Assembly: GCA_965219565.1 (NCBI GenBank)
Contig: OZ244780.1
Coordinates: 1,787,672-1,851,671 of the forward strand
Direction of reading: 5' to 3'
Origin: Dehalococcoidia bacterium
GTDB taxonomy: Bacteria > Chloroflexota > Dehalococcoidia > Lucifugimonadales > JAGWBF01
Length of the DNA stretch: 64,000 bases
Part shown: positions 63,117 to 64,000 of the stretch, piece by piece
Layout of the letters: the number at the start of each line of letters is the position of its first letter
Position numbering within the stretch: the first letter of the stretch is position 1
Translations under genes and position numbers: made by a program
Notes under the pieces: generated by a model
The model's database searches: none
What the model was told of the DNA's origin: nothing
Seen by the model: only the letters and a program-made list of their open reading frames with translations

Positions 63117-64000
63117 TCACGGGGACGCTCCGTCGAAGACGTCGGTGGTGAACCGGCTCATCTGAAACGCCACGTACTGGTCCCTGGTCATGGGGGGCTG
63201 GAACTCCTCCACGACTTGCCTGGCCTTGACGCCCCCGTCAGCCAGCAGGTCCACTGCCGTCATTGCCATTATCTTTGCCGGCATTACCACCGCCTGTTCG
63301 TAGTCCTTGATGCGGTAGTTCCTGCTGTGGCCGCCTCCTGTAGCGCCTGCGGTATAGGGGTGTATTACCGGCATGATTTGGCTCAAGTCACCCATGTCTG
63401 TGGAGCCGCCCCGGGTGCGCCCGTCGGGGGTAAGGGCTATCCGGTCTTTTCCCAAGAGAGAGGCTGCATTGGCCACGAACAAGTCTTTCAGCGACTCGTC
63501 CTGGTTCAGAGAGAAGTAGCCGGCTATATTGGTGATTGTCACCCTGGCGCCGACGGCCATCGCCCCTGAACGGAAGCAACGGTCCACCATCGCGCTGTTC
63601 CGCTCCAAGTCCTCAGGGTTGGAAGACCTGACCCGCCACTCGACCCTCACGTCGCCGGGGACTGCGTTCACCGCCTCGCCGCCCTTGGTGATCATGCCGT
63701 GAGTGCGGGCCGTGGCCTTTTCGGTGAAGGTCTCGCGGTTCAGGTGGATGGCCGCCAGGGCCAGGTTGGCGGCGTTGAGGGCATTGATCCCCTCGTGGGG
63801 AGCGGCGCCGGCGTGGGCCGAGCGTCCAGCGTATTCTACGAACTTGACCATGTGGCCGTTGCTGGCCCCTCCTACGGAGAAGGACCGCTCTTTCATGTCG
63901 CTCGCCGTGTGGCACATCATGGCCAGGTCGACGTCGTCAAACTCGCCTACGCGAATCAACTCCTGTTTCCCGCCCAGGAACTCCAACCGTCCCTGCTGCC
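63117..64000 (-). CDS. M20-family amidohydrolase/peptidase (AbgB/hippurate hydrolase-like), 5' end beyond the window
   Basis: The frame is open to the window edge (the track's first M is an internal TTG/Leu). Contains GRSAHAGAAPHEGINALNAA. Confidence 0.85.
   Translation of the reverse strand, partial: QQGRLEFLGGKQELIRVGEFDDVDLAMMCHTASDMKERSFSVGGASNGHMVKFVEYAGRSAHAGAAPHEGINALNAANLALAAIHLNRETFTEKATARTHGMITKGGEAVNAVPGDVRVEWRVRSSNPEDLERNSAMVDRCFRSGAMAVGARVTITNIAGYFSLNQDESLKDLFVANAASLLGKDRIALTPDGRTRGGSTDMGDLSQIMPVIHPYTAGATGGGHSRNYRIKDYEQAVVMPAKIMAMTAVDLLADGGVKARQVVEEFQPPMTRDQYVAFQMSRFTTDVFDGASP

Noticed and set aside
1-64000. Scan for CRISPR arrays, tRNA/rRNA genes, prophage blocks and integrases
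   Set aside because: I saw no regularly spaced direct repeats, no tRNA-like T-arm/acceptor patterns and no phage structural or integrase genes by eye. tRNAscan-SE and Infernal should confirm this.

Overview
This is a 64-kb, high-GC (by eye about 58-60%) bacterial chromosomal fragment with about 60 protein-coding genes. I found no rRNA, tRNA or CRISPR array. All calls come from reading the ORF translations and the DNA by eye; no searches or computations were run. The gene content includes three luciferase-like monooxygenases, two family III CoA-transferases, several SDRs, tandem amidohydrolase-2 and alpha/beta-hydrolase paralogues, and a signal-less reductive-dehalogenase-like Fe-S protein. 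Housekeeping blocks sit alongside: polA-dnaE, coaD-rsmD, yebC-ruvC-ruvA-uvrB, thiG-thiE-thiS behind a TPP riboswitch, and speH-speB. Together these suggest a heterotrophic Chloroflexota (SAR202-like) genome; that taxon call is inference only. The loci most worth follow-up are listed below. (1) A tightly packed operon coaE - CbbQ/NorQ-type AAA+ ATPase - CoA-pyrophosphatase-type NUDIX - giant 1107-aa NorD/CbbO-type VWA protein (39.6-45.1 kb), with no Rubisco or NO-reductase client in the window. (2) Immediately downstream, a low-GC islet with HicB/HicA and an AbiJ-like HEPN protein. (3) A cytoplasmic RdhA/QueG-superfamily protein with its own promoter and a palindromic operator-like site. (4) A catabolic block at 0-6.2 kb built from paralogue pairs in which one member looks catalytically degenerate (an SDR lacking the Gly-rich motif and catalytic Lys; a CoA-transferase with Gly in place of the catalytic Asp), reminiscent of bbs or steroid side-chain beta-oxidation logic. 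Smaller items are a toxin-antitoxin-like pair, a ThiS with residues after the Gly-Gly end, an IS630 HTH-only remnant, a low-GC GIY-YIG gene and a perfect 28-nt palindrome. The many long antisense ORFs are treated as high-GC shadow frames.
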